A DNA stretch of 36,791 nt from Phoronis australis (Eukaryota; Animalia; Phoronida), in NCBI GenBank assembly GCA_002633005.1, contig NMRA01001238.1, positions 1 to 36,791 of the forward strand, written 5' to 3'. The notes beneath the pieces are model-generated. The model saw only the letters and a program-made list of their open reading frames with translations. It had not been told where the DNA came from and did no database searches. Position 1 is the stretch's first letter; each line of letters begins with the position of its first letter. Positions 1 through 11,657 of the stretch are shown here, one piece after another. The translations under genes and the position numbers were made by a program.

Positions 1-152
1 ACACGCTGCCACCACGCCAGTAAAATGAGAGTAAATGTGTGAACTCAAAATACTTGTGTTTATTTATCGCAAATGGTGAAACCGGAAGGACTAACAAAAA
101 TAGTCAAACGAATAACTCGCGTAAAATAATAAACGGGAAACCAATAGTGGCG

Positions 153-498
153 CTGTAATATTTTATGTTCTGTCAACACTAAGGCAAAAGAGAGTGGTTT
201 CAACTTATATAGTATCTATTTAACGAACTGAACCATGCACTATGAACATGTTGGTGGCCATGATTAATAACAGCTGACAGTATAAACAAAGAGTGAAGCA
301 CTGAGCTCATCATGTCACGTTGTCACAACGGCGATGTGACGTCAGCAGCTGTAGAATGTAGGTCAAGGTGCTGGGTCAAGATTCAGTTCAAACAAGAATG
401 TCACACGACTGTAAGCAGCGCTGCCTGTTAGTAAAGCATCATTGCATCCAGCGCCATCTGTTTGCCGTAAAGGTTTTGGATGAGCGGGAACCTTTTGC
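153..498. mobile_element. Right part of a Mutator-like non-autonomous DNA transposon, same family as 17177-18136; left end not found in window
   Basis: 153-498 is a near-identical direct copy of 17791-18136 and ends in the same TIR (...GATGAGCGGGAACCTTTTGC). Confidence 0.8.
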
Positions 499-574
499 GG
501 TGCTCGTTCAGTGGTACACTCTATCTCCCCACAGATCTAAACGAAAGTGGCGCTGTGTCAGAAGGTAGTTCCAA

Positions 575-656
575 CCAATGAGATAAATATAGCTCATTGG
601 TTCCAACAAAGACGCTAACGGTCTTTGGTTCCAATGAGATATATTTATCTCATTGG
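575..656. repeat. Nested palindrome (two self-complementary 26-mers in inverted orientation around a small hairpin)
   Basis: CCAATGAGATAAATATAGCTCATTGG (575-600) matches the reverse complement of 631-656 with 1 mismatch; centre is CAAAGAC-N7-GTCTTTG. Confidence 0.8.
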
Positions 657-657
657 G

Positions 658-1290
658 TGTAACAGGAGTGCCCTTGACATGATTATGTAAGATATATGCG
701 CCCTCTAGTGGTCAAGCTGTGTATTACATATGGAATTTTCCTATGATTTTTGAGTCCTTTGGATATGGCCAAATATGGTCAGAACCTAGAAGTTATGGGC
801 CTTGCCCTTCAGATCGTGTCTGATTGGTTGAAATTGTGTACTTAAGCTTTGTCTCTGTCAGACACGAGTCCAGTCGCAGAGTTCAAGAAGCAAACATTTG
901 CACCTTCACTCACACCAAATTGCAACTGTTTGTGCAGCTTTCTGGCACCTCCCGAACTTGGTTGCCAATAGTTTATCCCCAGCAATTCTCGGGCTCCTCC
1001 CGAGCTTGATTGCATCTCACCTTTCGGATCTGAATAACCAAATTGCCCCGTTCTTGCACACACAACTATTAATCAGCGACTGGCTTGCCCGTGTATCAGA
1101 ACTGTATAAATCACAACGCTGCGATACTAAATCATGGAACAACTAGATTGCTTGTAAGTGTGAAATATTGTAGTTATATATTCTTACAATAAACCTATGT
1201 ATTATTCACCAACTTTTAGTTTATCACCCTCAGTCCGCACCGGGCTCTTAAAATCGGGGCGCCTTGGTCGTAGATACCGCCCCCGTTACA
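658..1290 (+). mobile_element. Probable solo LTR (633 bp)
   Basis: TGTAAC...GTTACA termini, TATA-like TATAAAT near 1105 followed by AATAAA near 1188. No adjacent TSD and no second copy in the window. Confidence 0.5.
698..714 (-). promoter_or_regulatory. CTCF-like motif
   Basis: Minus strand reads TGACCACTAGAGGGCGC, matching the CTCF core CCASYAGRKGGCR. Motif match only. Confidence 0.45.
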
Positions 1291-2054
1291 GGTAGTTCAG
1301 TGTTGGCACTGAATAGTTGGGCTGCGGCCGGGGCAACTTGCACTCCAAAATATTAAAATTTTGGGGTAGGCCAAGTTTGGGGGCATTTTGTAGGTGAAAT
1401 TGCATGCAGACTCAGTGAATGTGTTTTTATTGCATTCGTGAACATGCTGAGAATAAACTTGAAAAGGCCACTTTTTCGGCTGTAACTGCACTCTTCTTCA
1501 AGATGGCGGCCCCCGGTTGCAATTGTGCATTGCTGAGTAGCGACTGAGAAATTGGCTGCGATTTTAGGTAGCCCTCAAACAAGCCATAATTGCCAAAAAA
1601 ATTAACTAGTTGGTTGACAGTACTTTTGGACCACATTTTCGGAATCTGTTGGAAATTTGCTTTCAGAATCTATTGTTGGTTTAAGTCGTGCATCTGCAGC
1701 GAAGTGCTATTTTGGGGGTGAAAAGTGCCGATTTTGCACTTTTTTTGCCCCTATTTTTCTTAGTCTAGCTTGGTTTCCAGTGGGTTGAAAGGGTAAAAAA
1801 TACGAGAGAGATTAAAGTTTCTGCGCTCATCTGCAGGGCTTTTTATGTGAAATAACTGAAAACATGTCATTCTTTGCATCCTGTTTTGTGTTTTTGACAG
1901 AGTGAAGAAAAGGTGACAAATCAAGTGATGTGGGTTTTGCCCAGCAGAGAACTGTTCTGTGCCTCCAGTGGTATCAGAGACCGCAGCCTCGTCCCCCAGC
2001 CACAAGATGGCGCTAATTTGAGGCTTGGTTATGGGAAATGAAATGTGTCAGAAT

Positions 2055-2080
2055 CATAGACATCAATTAAGATGTCTATG
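2055..2080. mobile_element. 26-bp palindromic micro-insertion with 8-bp TSD
   Basis: CATAGACATC-AATTAA-GATGTCTATG flanked by GTCAGAAT at 2047-2054 and 2081-2088. Confidence 0.75.
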
Positions 2081-2230
2081 GTCAGAATGCTGACACATTT
2101 TTACGGAATATCGCTAGTAATATAATTTTGAAGTTTTTTTGCAATTTTATATATCTTACGGTACATTACAGCAATGTAGGTCTAAATTATTGCAAAAATG
2201 ATTCGAAAACAGATTAATCTGTATGATACT

Positions 2231-2459
2231 TGTAATGGCTTGTGGAGAGAGGAGTGAAGAAGACGTCTTTACTTGAACACTACTTTATTGCGGACTGACT
2301 AACTACTGTTCAACAACATGTTTTTGCAATACACAAGACCACATGCATATGAGTCACATTTCATAGAACTGTTTGGCAAGACTTATATAATAAACCATTC
2401 TAACTAATTGTGCCATATAAGGCAAGTGTAGTTCCAGTACAAATCACAATACTATTATA
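2231..2459 (-). repeat. 3' LTR
   Basis: 229 bp, 2 mismatches to 5327-5555, one of them turning the terminal TG into TA; minus-strand TATATAA and AATAAA present. Confidence 0.97.
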
Positions 2460-2472
2460 TCCCCTTTTCTTT
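2460..2472 (-). other. Polypurine tract
   Basis: AAAGAAAAGGGGA on the minus strand directly before the 3' LTR. Confidence 0.9.
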
Positions 2473-2683
2473 GAAAAACAAGAAAGTAGCACTAACCTAA
2501 ATTAACAACTGTTAACCACGATAAACAAATTACCATCTTAACAGATGTTTCACTCAACAAGACTATCAGCTAAGTGCTAAAATAATAAACAAATAGTATC
2601 TAACCAAACCATAACAGACTAATCAAATTACAAAAGTTGCTATTCTTTCAAACAGATACTCAGCACTTCACACTTACTGACTG

Positions 2684-3250
2684 TCAAGAAGTTATATAAT
2701 CATTAAACCTGGAGGGTTTCTTGATTTCCCTTCCTGTCCTTGTAACTACAGATTTTGATTTAATCTCTGGTAAATCATTATCAGTGTCACTTGTTGATTG
2801 AATAGGATTGTGTGTTTGTTTGACTTTGTGAGGAAATGCACTGGGCAAATTAGGCTGTACAGAATGTGGAGATTCTGCAGTGGACAGTAACATTTGTCGA
2901 TTGCGACGATACTCTCGCGCTTCATCACCTGATTTGACAATGTAAGATGTATCAGAATGTTGTTTAACCAATTCTGCTGGTTCCCAACCACTCTTAGTTT
3001 TCATGCGCACTGCTTGTTCAGACTCAGAGTTGTTTAACGCTGGCAATGGTTTAGTACTTCTGTCGTAATACTTCTTTTGTCTCATTTGATAATTGGACAG
3101 TTGTGAATGCACTTCATCAGGGTTAATTGCTTCAGGTTTCAGCAATGCATTCGAAGTAGGCAATAATGTCCTGGTACGTCTACCCATCAATCTTTGAACT
3201 GGGGACCCAATAATACCATCTCTTGGTGTATTTCTCAAATCTAACAAAGC
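2684..3250 (-). pseudogene. Integrase C-terminal part of pol
   Basis: ALLDLRNTP...SPVQRLMGRRTRTLLP...QKKYYD...YRRNR...TRTGREIKKPSRFNDY, typical Mag/Gypsy integrase tail; most of the catalytic core is absent. Confidence 0.9.
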
Positions 3251-3252
3251 CN

Positions 3253-4432
3253 CATATTAACAATAGCCTGAATTCTCTCTTGGGATGGTTTTACACCATC
3301 TGCGGTCAAAACATGACCCACGTAACTATAACTTGGGGTTGACTAATCTTAGTCTTATTTAGATTCAATTTTAACCCTTGTTTTCTGGCTATCTCAAGAC
3401 AAGTACAGCTGTGAGCCGTTCATCATGCTCTTGAGGTGTTTTGCCATGAATTAGAATATCATCCATCACAATTTCTACTCCCGAAATGTGACCAAACATA
3501 CTTTGCATAGCCCTTTGATAAATTTCTTCAAGCCCATTGGCAACCTAAGATGCCTGTATCGCCCAAATGGGGTATTAAATGCTGTATAGTAAGAACTTTG
3601 CTCACTCAGCCTGATTTGGTAATAACCCATGTTTGCATCGAGTACACTGAAAATTTTACTCCCATGTAATCTGGTTACAATATCATCAATTGAACTCATC
3701 GGGTGGTGTTCACGCAAAATAGCCTTATTTAAGCTCGAGGGATCAATGCACAACCTGACTCTGTTATTGCGTTTCCGAACACATACTAACGGAGACACCC
3801 AAGGTGTTGGCTCTGTCACTTTCGCAATAATGCCACACCTTTCTAAGTGATCTAATTCCAGTTTTACCTGCTCTCTGATAGCAGCGGGAACTGGTCTGGG
3901 AGGGTGAACTACTGGTGGTATAGACGAATCTATCTGAATATCGTATTCCCCTGGAATACACCCAATTGTTTTTTCAAATACATCACTGTATTTTTTTACA
4001 AAACTGTCATGACTTGCATTTTGTTTCTGAGAGTCGACTTCAAATACTCTCTGGACCACATTTAATTTAACACTGTCATCACGACCTAATAAATCAACTT
4101 GTTTCTTGTTGTCCAATACAAGAAATTCTAGCATATGTCTTTCATTCTTAAAAACAGCTGGCAGTACAATTAATTTTTCCATACGCTTTATGTGGTTTGC
4201 CATGAATACCATTGATCATGACGTTGCTGTGTTTTAACAGGTGTTCCCTACCTAACTTTCTGAGTGTAACTAGTGACAATACATTGCAATCTGCAAATGT
4301 ATCAATTGCTAAGGATAATTTTAACTTACCAACTTGTACTGTGACATTCCAATCATCAGAGTTGGTACATGCATAATTTGAATTGTTACCAAATACATCT
4401 TTAATATTGCATTGTTCCATCATATTTGCCAT
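3253..4432 (-). pseudogene. Protease and reverse transcriptase part of pol, frameshifted
   Basis: Protease motif AIDTFADCNVL (DTG altered); RT motifs PWVSPLVCVRK, VRLCID, LDANMGYYQI, FNTPFGRYRHLRLPMGL, then VMDDILIHG in another frame near 3445-3470. Confidence 0.92.
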
Positions 4433-5273
4433 TTCGTCTTCCTCTGTACATTTGTGTGTCCTTGGTGATTCCGACCACGATTACCCCTGTAACGCCCTCT
4501 AGATTGTCCTCTTCGCTGTTGTTGATGGTGGTTTTGCTGTCGTAGCGATCTCTGCGAGGATGTCCGTTGTGCTTTGCAAATTTTCGAATTCGCAAAATGG
4601 CCAAAACTGCCACAAACGTGACATGTTTTGCCTCTGGCAGGACAGTTATCATCGTAATGCGTTCTCGTGCATTTTTTACAAAACATCTTGTGCCTTGTGT
4701 GACACACATTGTCCTCTGCTGTTAGGTTTTTTAGGTGCTGCTGTGACAGTTCACTTGCACGGCAAATTTTAATGACATTTTCCAACGTATCATCATTTAC
4801 TTCTAAATCTAGAAGTTTCAACTTGATGTGACTGTCGCGGACACCATTGACAATTCTGTCACAAATAAATGTGTCTTCTATGTCACCATAATCACATCCC
4901 TTTGCGCGATGCTTCAGATCGGCAACAAAAGCCATAAGCGACTCACCGGCTTTCGGTTGCGTTCCAAAAATTCTTGTCTGCGAATATTTCGGTACTTCTT
5001 GTGGCCATAGTGTTCATCAAAACATTGCAGTACCACGTCTAAATTATACCTGTCTTCCGGCGACAAATCAAATGTATTAAACAATTTGACACCATCTGCC
5101 CCAAGGAGATGAAGTAAAATGTTTACTTTCTGTTTACCTGACGCATCCTCGAGTCCGCTTGCAATCAGGTAAATGTCAAATCGCTGTCGCCACTGGCTCC
5201 AACTTTCTCCTGTTTTGTCAGTCTCTAGCTGTACAAACGGTTCTGGCGGGCTCAAGTCTAGCTTAGCAGCCAT
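4420..5273 (-). pseudogene. gag, split into two frames, with two zinc knuckles
   Basis: WSQWRQRFDIYLIASGL...LLHLLG; ICDRIVNGVRD; CKKCTRTHYDDNC and CHVCGSFGHFANSKIC knuckles; frameshift near 4914-4960. Confidence 0.9.
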
Positions 5274-5313
5274 TGTTTAGAACAGTAAAAAACAACTGAA
5301 CAAAAAATCGCCA

Positions 5314-5326
5314 ACTCCTGACACCA
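5314..5326 (-). other. Primer binding site, probably tRNA-Leu
   Basis: TGGTGTCAGGAGT directly after the 5' LTR, complementary to a ...ACUCCUGACACCA tRNA-Leu 3' end (tRNA identity from memory). Confidence 0.8.
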
Positions 5327-5555
5327 TGTAATGGCTTGTGGAGAGAGGAGTGAAGAAGACGTCTTTACTTGAACACTACTTTATTGCGGACTGACTAACT
5401 ACTGTTCAACAACATGTTTTTGCAATACACAAGACCACATGCATATGAGTCATATTTCATAGAACTGTTTGGCAAGACTTATATAATAAACCATTCTAAC
5501 TAATTGTGCCATATAAGGCAAGTGTAGTTCCAGTACAAATCACAATACTATTACA
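5327..5555 (-). repeat. 5' LTR
   Basis: TGTAAT...ATTACA terminal inverted repeats; copy of 2231-2459. Confidence 0.97.
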
Positions 5556-5898
5556 ATACTCAAACTGAGAAATGAAAATACATTACGGCGCTTTCCCGTT
5601 GCTCCCAACTTGTTCAATTCTATAGCCCAACAAATTGAGAAGTTTACCCCTGTAGCCAATATCTTACACGACTGATTAACTCCATTCTGGCATTTATGGT
5701 TGGAGGGCCAGCTCTCTTTTGTTGGATAATTGCTGTAATCTCTACTAAGATCGTATCTAGGCCTACGGCCCTGATGGGCTGTGCTGCATTAAAATAATAG
5801 TTAAGTGAATGATGCCGCAGAGTGCATTTGCGACGCAGTTTTAGAGCGAAAATGGACTATTTTCAATATTCAGTTTTACTATGCAAGATCAAACGTAG

Positions 5899-6055
5899 CA
5901 GGGTGGATCCAGGATTTTTAAAGGGGGGGGGGGCGGTCAAGGACTTTTTTAAAGGGGGACCAAGTCAACAATTTGAAAATTATAGATTTGATATCACTAA
6001 AATCAAGGGAAACAAGGGGACTCCGGACCCCATGACCCTCGTGGATCCGCCTATG
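5899..6055. mobile_element. hAT-like MITE with 5-bp TSD CGTAG
   Basis: Ends CAGGGTGGATCC / GGATCCGCCTATG; CGTAG at 5894-5898 and 6056-6060. Confidence 0.8.
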
Positions 6056-7233
6056 CGTAGACCACTACTTGCAGGAGTGGTCCTGCGGATTTCTCCGAAT
6101 ACGACTGGTCGAGCAGGGCGTCATCGTCGTAAGCACTACGGATTTGACTAAAGACAGCATCTTCTGATTCTTCTGACTGAGTTCCACCTCCACTGTTCTC
6201 TGATATAATGTTGCCAGGAAGGGTAAATAAACACAAAAATGACAAGGAAATAAATTTGGGCATTTATCATGTTACATCTAATCGGGAGCATGTTCTTTAA
6301 TGCGGTGTGAGTGTTGGGCACAGAAATTACAGTTTTCCTCATGAGAAAAGCTTTTAGATGTTTTTCATAAATGTCTGCACTGATTCTACTAGTGTATGCC
6401 ATTGTATACCCACGTGATCAAGGTTTCATTGAAGCACTTCAATATTTTCTTTGTTGGGTTTACCAAGCTCGACACAGTGGGGTGCCTTTGATACTTTAAA
6501 CCGGGTTTTACTGAACCAGCTCCCTGGTCTAGCAAAACCAGGCTTTCAGGCTCTTGAACCATGTTGGTGAAATGCAAGTCAGGTCTAAAATTAGACCAGG
6601 TTTTGTTGAACCACCTTTATGAAATCGGCTGCTGGAGTTTAAATTTAGTTCCCGTGGATCACTGAGATTCTACGCGGGCCTACTGCATGGTTACACCTTA
6701 TTTGTAACGTATAGGTACGTCAGCCATCACGTGCACGCGAATCAGGACAAGCAATCAATTCAGTTTTGAAGAACAAAAAATCATTGCTCAATACTACTGG
6801 AAACTAAAAACACCTAGGAAGTGCAAAGACAGCCTTTCCAAGCAATGAGTTTAATTTTATTTATTTAAAGATTTTAAAAACGTTTTTTCTATCTACGGTT
6901 TGTGAGTTTGAATTTCATCAATGTCTTTGAGAGTTATTTTAGATATGCAAAAATCGTCTGTAAGTGTACTTTACAGTATTTGGGGATCGGATTATATAGT
7001 TTTTCAACTTCAGACTGCAATTCGCTGAAACATCATCAATTCTTACAAGATTAGCTTCTAATTGTCAAAAATTCTCTATAAATCTATTGGTTTTCGTAGA
7101 TACGTAAAAAAAGTAAATTAGAAACCAACGAATTTTTTATCAAAACGGAATATTATAAGCAATTTCCGCATGCTTGCTTGCAGACTTTTGACGGGTAACC
7201 GGGCGAATATGGGAGACAGGGCATTCGTATTAA

Positions 7234-7764
7234 GGTGTATTTTTGCTCATTTCAGAGGTATCTATAACGTTTCACGAGGTAAACTTGAACTCCACTGACA
7301 AAAAATGCTGAAATCTTTGTTAAGGATTGCGAGAGTTCTTTGAGTACCCCCTTTCGACACGGTCATCACAAATAATAGCCAAGACAGCAGTGTTTTCCAA
7401 ATGTGGGAATTCCTTACAAGCAACTCATAGTATGCCTAACCATCTTCAAAAGAGATACTATTCTTGTGTTAATACGGGAAACAGTAACATTATTTTATAA
7501 CTAACCATCAGAAATTCACAAATAGTGGTATTCACGTTCTTCAAAATTCCATCCTTTCGATGACGGCAATCCTATTGTATTTTTTCCCATTTTTGGTTGT
7601 TTGGATCGAATGGCTGTGTTGTGCACGAGAGTTTTTTGATGAATTTGGAGTCTCAACTTCCATCGTGAATACTTGGCAGTGTCGGATTTACATGTATAGA
7701 GGGACAACTGGACATTTCCCCCAACTGCTCCACCGAGAGAGGGTGCCGCCTGAAATTGGACACC
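7234..7764. mobile_element. Possible Kolobok-like non-autonomous element
   Basis: TTAA-GGTGT ... ACACC-TTAA, with only weak further TIR similarity. Confidence 0.3.
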
Positions 7765-8064
7765 TTAAGATAAAAGGCTAAACATCATTAAGCTCGGAGA
7801 AAAAGAATTACAATGCATTCCACTGTCGTGTTGTCCCAAAACGATGCACGGTTTGACCTTCTTCAACATGAAAGCCGGTTGCACGATTTCACAGAAAAGA
7901 GGAAAATAGAGGTAATCGATTCTAACAGTGGGCCTCTCTCCGTGATCGATCTCGTAAGAATTTTTCAATAACAACACAAAAAGGGTGGCCACTGGAATGT
8001 CATCAATGGCCTCCTTCAAGGATGGGGCGCCTAAATATGAAAACATTTATATTTTCAAATATCA

Positions 8065-8315
8065 CATGCGCGCACCCAGCCTTTTATATGAGGGGCTCGA
8101 ATTTCTAAGGATGTGGACCTTTTACCTACAAAAAAGCCGAAGGACTAAAAAATACGGGGTACCACGTCCAGAGCTGTGAATTGTGCGTTTGCGCCGTTTT
8201 AGTGGACTTTTTGTCTCATTTTCTCGGACTTTATATTTATCCGAGGCGAACCTTTTTGTCCACTTCGCCAAATTGAGGGGGGCTCGTTCGAGCCCCACCC
8301 CTGGGTGCGCGCATG
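8065..8315. mobile_element. MITE with perfect 15-bp TIR and 5-bp TSD TATCA
   Basis: CATGCGCGCACCCAG / CTGGGTGCGCGCATG; TATCA at 8060-8064 and 8316-8320. Confidence 0.88.
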
Positions 8316-9097
8316 TATCAGGAAATGCGCAGCAATTGATGTTATCTGTGAGGTCGTCAATTTTTCTCAAGTAATATACAGTTTCGAGAAAAAATAAAGC
8401 GAAGGTTGTCTCCGTTATCCGTTGCCAGACAGGGGCATCTGGAAAAATATAGTTTTGCATTCGCAAAATTGACTTATTGAATTTAAAAATCCAGTAAATT
8501 AATATGCTCCGCAAAAGCTTCGCTTTACAAATTTTCTCGATTTTTTAATACATATGTATGATTGATTTCGTGCACGTTTTCAAGTGCGTTTAAACGACCT
8601 GTGCTGCAAAAGCGAAGGCCCTAATGACAATGTCCTGGCCAGGGTCCTCAAAAGGTAAACCATGCACTGATGCTGAGTTGTTTTAACAACATTTAAAAGT
8701 GTTCTCTTGAATTTTCTCTCTTATCGTATTTCGCAGTCTTTCTTTTTTCGACTGTCCCGGCCTCACGTCTGTGTCGATTGCCACGGTTTAACCCGGACGC
8801 CTGAAAATGTTTGAGGGGACTTTGGTTGTACATATAATTAGTATTGCACATAACCTAGCGCACCAGATATTACATTACACTGGACACACGGTGTGTTCTT
8901 TCTCGCGACGGTTGTCCATGCACTCGCGGGGGGTCCATTCAAGATCATTCTGTATACCATCATGGCCGAAAAATAACTAGGCAAGAAATAGTAGACAAAA
9001 CCATCATTCACTTTGTTGAAAATGACACATTTCGGCTACGGAACGATTTTTGAATCGCTATTGGTCAATCACGAAAAACCTGTGTGTACCACACGCT

Positions 9098-9245
9098 CAT
9101 GGGCGGCGCAGCACTGAAAAAAGTGTGGGGCTAAAGCCCCCTCAGCCCCCCTGTGGTGCACCACCTATAGACCACGTGCGGCATAGCACTGAAAAAGTGG
9201 GGGCTATACCCCCCCCCCTCCAGCCTCTATGGTGCGCCGCCCACG
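9098..9245. mobile_element. Tandem dimer of a ~75-bp miniature hAT-like MITE
   Basis: Outer ends CATGGGCGGCGCA / TGCGCCGCCCACG; the block AGCACTGAAAAA(A)GTG..GGGCTA..CAGCC..TGGTGC occurs twice. TSD unclear. Confidence 0.6.
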
Positions 9246-9385
9246 AAGCCGGTTCAGTTTTGATAAGGTTGCGGGCTTCCTACCGTGTGTTGCATTCACA
9301 CTCTCTGCTTGTGTGCCCCTCTTCCCGCTGTCACGTGTATTTCACTGTTTATTTCGCTACTTATATGTTCATCTCCACTTAATAC

Positions 9386-9500
9386 CTGATGATGAGACAT
9401 GCAGTCACGAAATATAGCTAGTGTTTTAATTTGTTTGTTTGTTATGTCTCTCGGTGTTTTACTAGCTGCACACCTGAAGAATGGAGATTGTTCCGATACT
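9386..9500 (+). ncRNA. Possible degenerate tandem minimal hammerhead ribozyme motifs
   Basis: CTGATGA-T-GAGAC-ATGCA-GTCAC-GAAA at 9386-9412 and CTGAAGA-AT-GGAG-ATTG-TTCC-GATA at 9474-9498; stems I and III are poor. Confidence 0.25.
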
Positions 9501-10685
9501 ACCAGCGAACCAGTATCAAACAAAAAGTCTAGTGTTGTTTTCAACGAAGTTTGTGTAAACGAAGGGCTTCTACTCAACTATGCTGGAACCATCACTAAAA
9601 ACATGCGTAAAATATATGCCTTGAATCGTCCCGCCACATTTTGAAACTGTAAATGCTCTGAGCATCGCTGCGTCCACTTGTAGTGAAACTGACTGCAAAT
9701 TGTTGAATTATGCGACATGGTGGCAATGGAGTTACCAAAAGAAACGTCATTTTTGTCTTAATAGTAAGTGACGAACAGTCATCTAATGTAGACCAAAGAC
9801 TAGAATGGAACCAGCCTCCAATTGAAACTTCAGCTGCATTCTAGCGAGACTGATAGAAATATCCACGATGATAAAACATTATGTGAACCGATAAAGATGT
9901 ACACATGCAGATGTAATATTTCCAGTGCCAAAAAATTAAGATTTTGAAAACGGAGCCGTGGCAGACAGGAGAAACGCTCGTGTGTTCCCAAAAAGATGAT
10001 CGGACAAAATAACATTTGTGCTCCAACAAGTGGCACACGCATGGTTATCGTACTCCTTAACCACCAATTCTCTGTTCTGCATTCCGTACCTGCTACGTTC
10101 TCCTTTTTGGTGTTAGCGCAACTAGTGTAGACTATAATGAAATGGATTTCGAGAATACGGAAATCTCGAGATTAAATCCGGACCCTCAGTCGGATCACCC
10201 ATGCGTGCGTGCGTCATAAATAAGAAAGGATTCCTATTCGGGTTCAAATTTATCGGTTGTAAAACCTCGACGCTGAAAAACATTGGACACGTTGTAGAGT
10301 TGTGTTAAACGAGCGTATTTGTACGGAAATGGTGACTTAACAAATCAGTGAATTGCGTTCAGTCAAAATTAGTACCATTAAATTGAATCAGTACCAAAGT
10401 GTTTTTTTAGTTTCGTGGAGAGTAAAAACATGTTATTGTTTTATTAGCCTTCAACGTACATGATGGCCAAACAAAATTGGCAGATCACATTCACGATGAC
10501 GTCTCAAACAACACGAGATTTTCTCACCTGGCCCCACCTAACTAAGAACTACCCACACCGCCACTACGCTTATGGCGAGTTGAGTAACTTAACTTCGAAG
10601 TCGCGCTGAAGTTGTGAACGGCAATGTGCTAGTGAGGTCGTGTTCGCTGAGCTGGTGTTCGGAGCGCTGCATGGAAACTGTCCAG

Positions 10686-10691
10686 TTTATT
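10686..10691 (-). promoter_or_regulatory. Candidate polyadenylation signal of the FKRP-like gene
   Basis: AATAAA on the minus strand about 970 bp after the stop codon, at the end of a T-rich UTR-like tract. Confidence 0.5.
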
Positions 10692-11657
10692 CTCAACCCA
10701 CAGCTAATTAAAATATCTATTGCAGTTCATAGGACAAAGGTACAAATGGAAGCAACACATACACACAAAAATAAACATAAAGTAAACTTTTTACAATTTA
10801 CACACAACATACACGATGTAATAAAACATCGTGATGGATTCAATGGAATGACGAATTTGCACTCAAAACAGTATGTGCATGTGGCCGGAATGTTTTAGCA
10901 AGATCAACGGAACCGCTGATATGCGCACATCGAGTGGATCTTTAACAACAAAGATACTCATTTTAAAAATATTTCCATTAGAGTGAACAACACAGAAAAA
11001 CTTAAAGTTGTCCCTGAGGACATGGCGTCAGACATTTGAAAATGTGGACGTCAAAGGAATAAAAAGCTGCCACCTTTCAAGAGTTTCGATCAACGGATTT
11101 GACACACAGAAGGGTGGACGCCAACAAATATTATTGCCACTTGGGAACACAACTCTAGTGAGACTTGTCCAAAATAGCATTAACGTGTGGCGTCTTGAGA
11201 TTAATCACTCAAGTACCTTGGCAGGTCAAGAAAGACAGACGAAAAGTTGTCATTAGAGGGCGCAGCACAACTCGGCGTCAAAAGCAACTTAATGAACATA
11301 GCGTGAAGCACTTTAGAACTTTCAGTTCTCAAGCCTTGAAACCCGTTCTAGTATAAATAACGACTATAAACGAGAACAGTTACAAAATACTAAATAGCCT
11401 AAATCAAAAGCTGATTAATTGATACAAGGTGTGCTTTTACTGGACCTTTTAGAAACTAATTCCTCAAATGGCATGCTGACTTTTCAATGGGCTTAATAGA
11501 TACCAAAATTGAATACTGAACAATCAAATATGGCACTACGAGGCTCTGCACCAAGTAGTATTAAGATGTGGATCAAGACCTACACGCAGCACACATGCAA
11601 AGCAAGCAAGATAGGCATAAACGATACAGATTTACACATCAAGCGCTGGATAGTTGG

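Larger units (their letters stand above)
2231..5555 (-). mobile_element. Ty3/Gypsy LTR retrotransposon, Mag-like, defective
   Basis: Two 229-bp LTRs, 5-bp TSD ATACT (2226-2230, 5556-5560), PBS, PPT, and gag-PR-RT-IN(C-terminal) fragments in Gypsy order. Confidence 0.97.
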
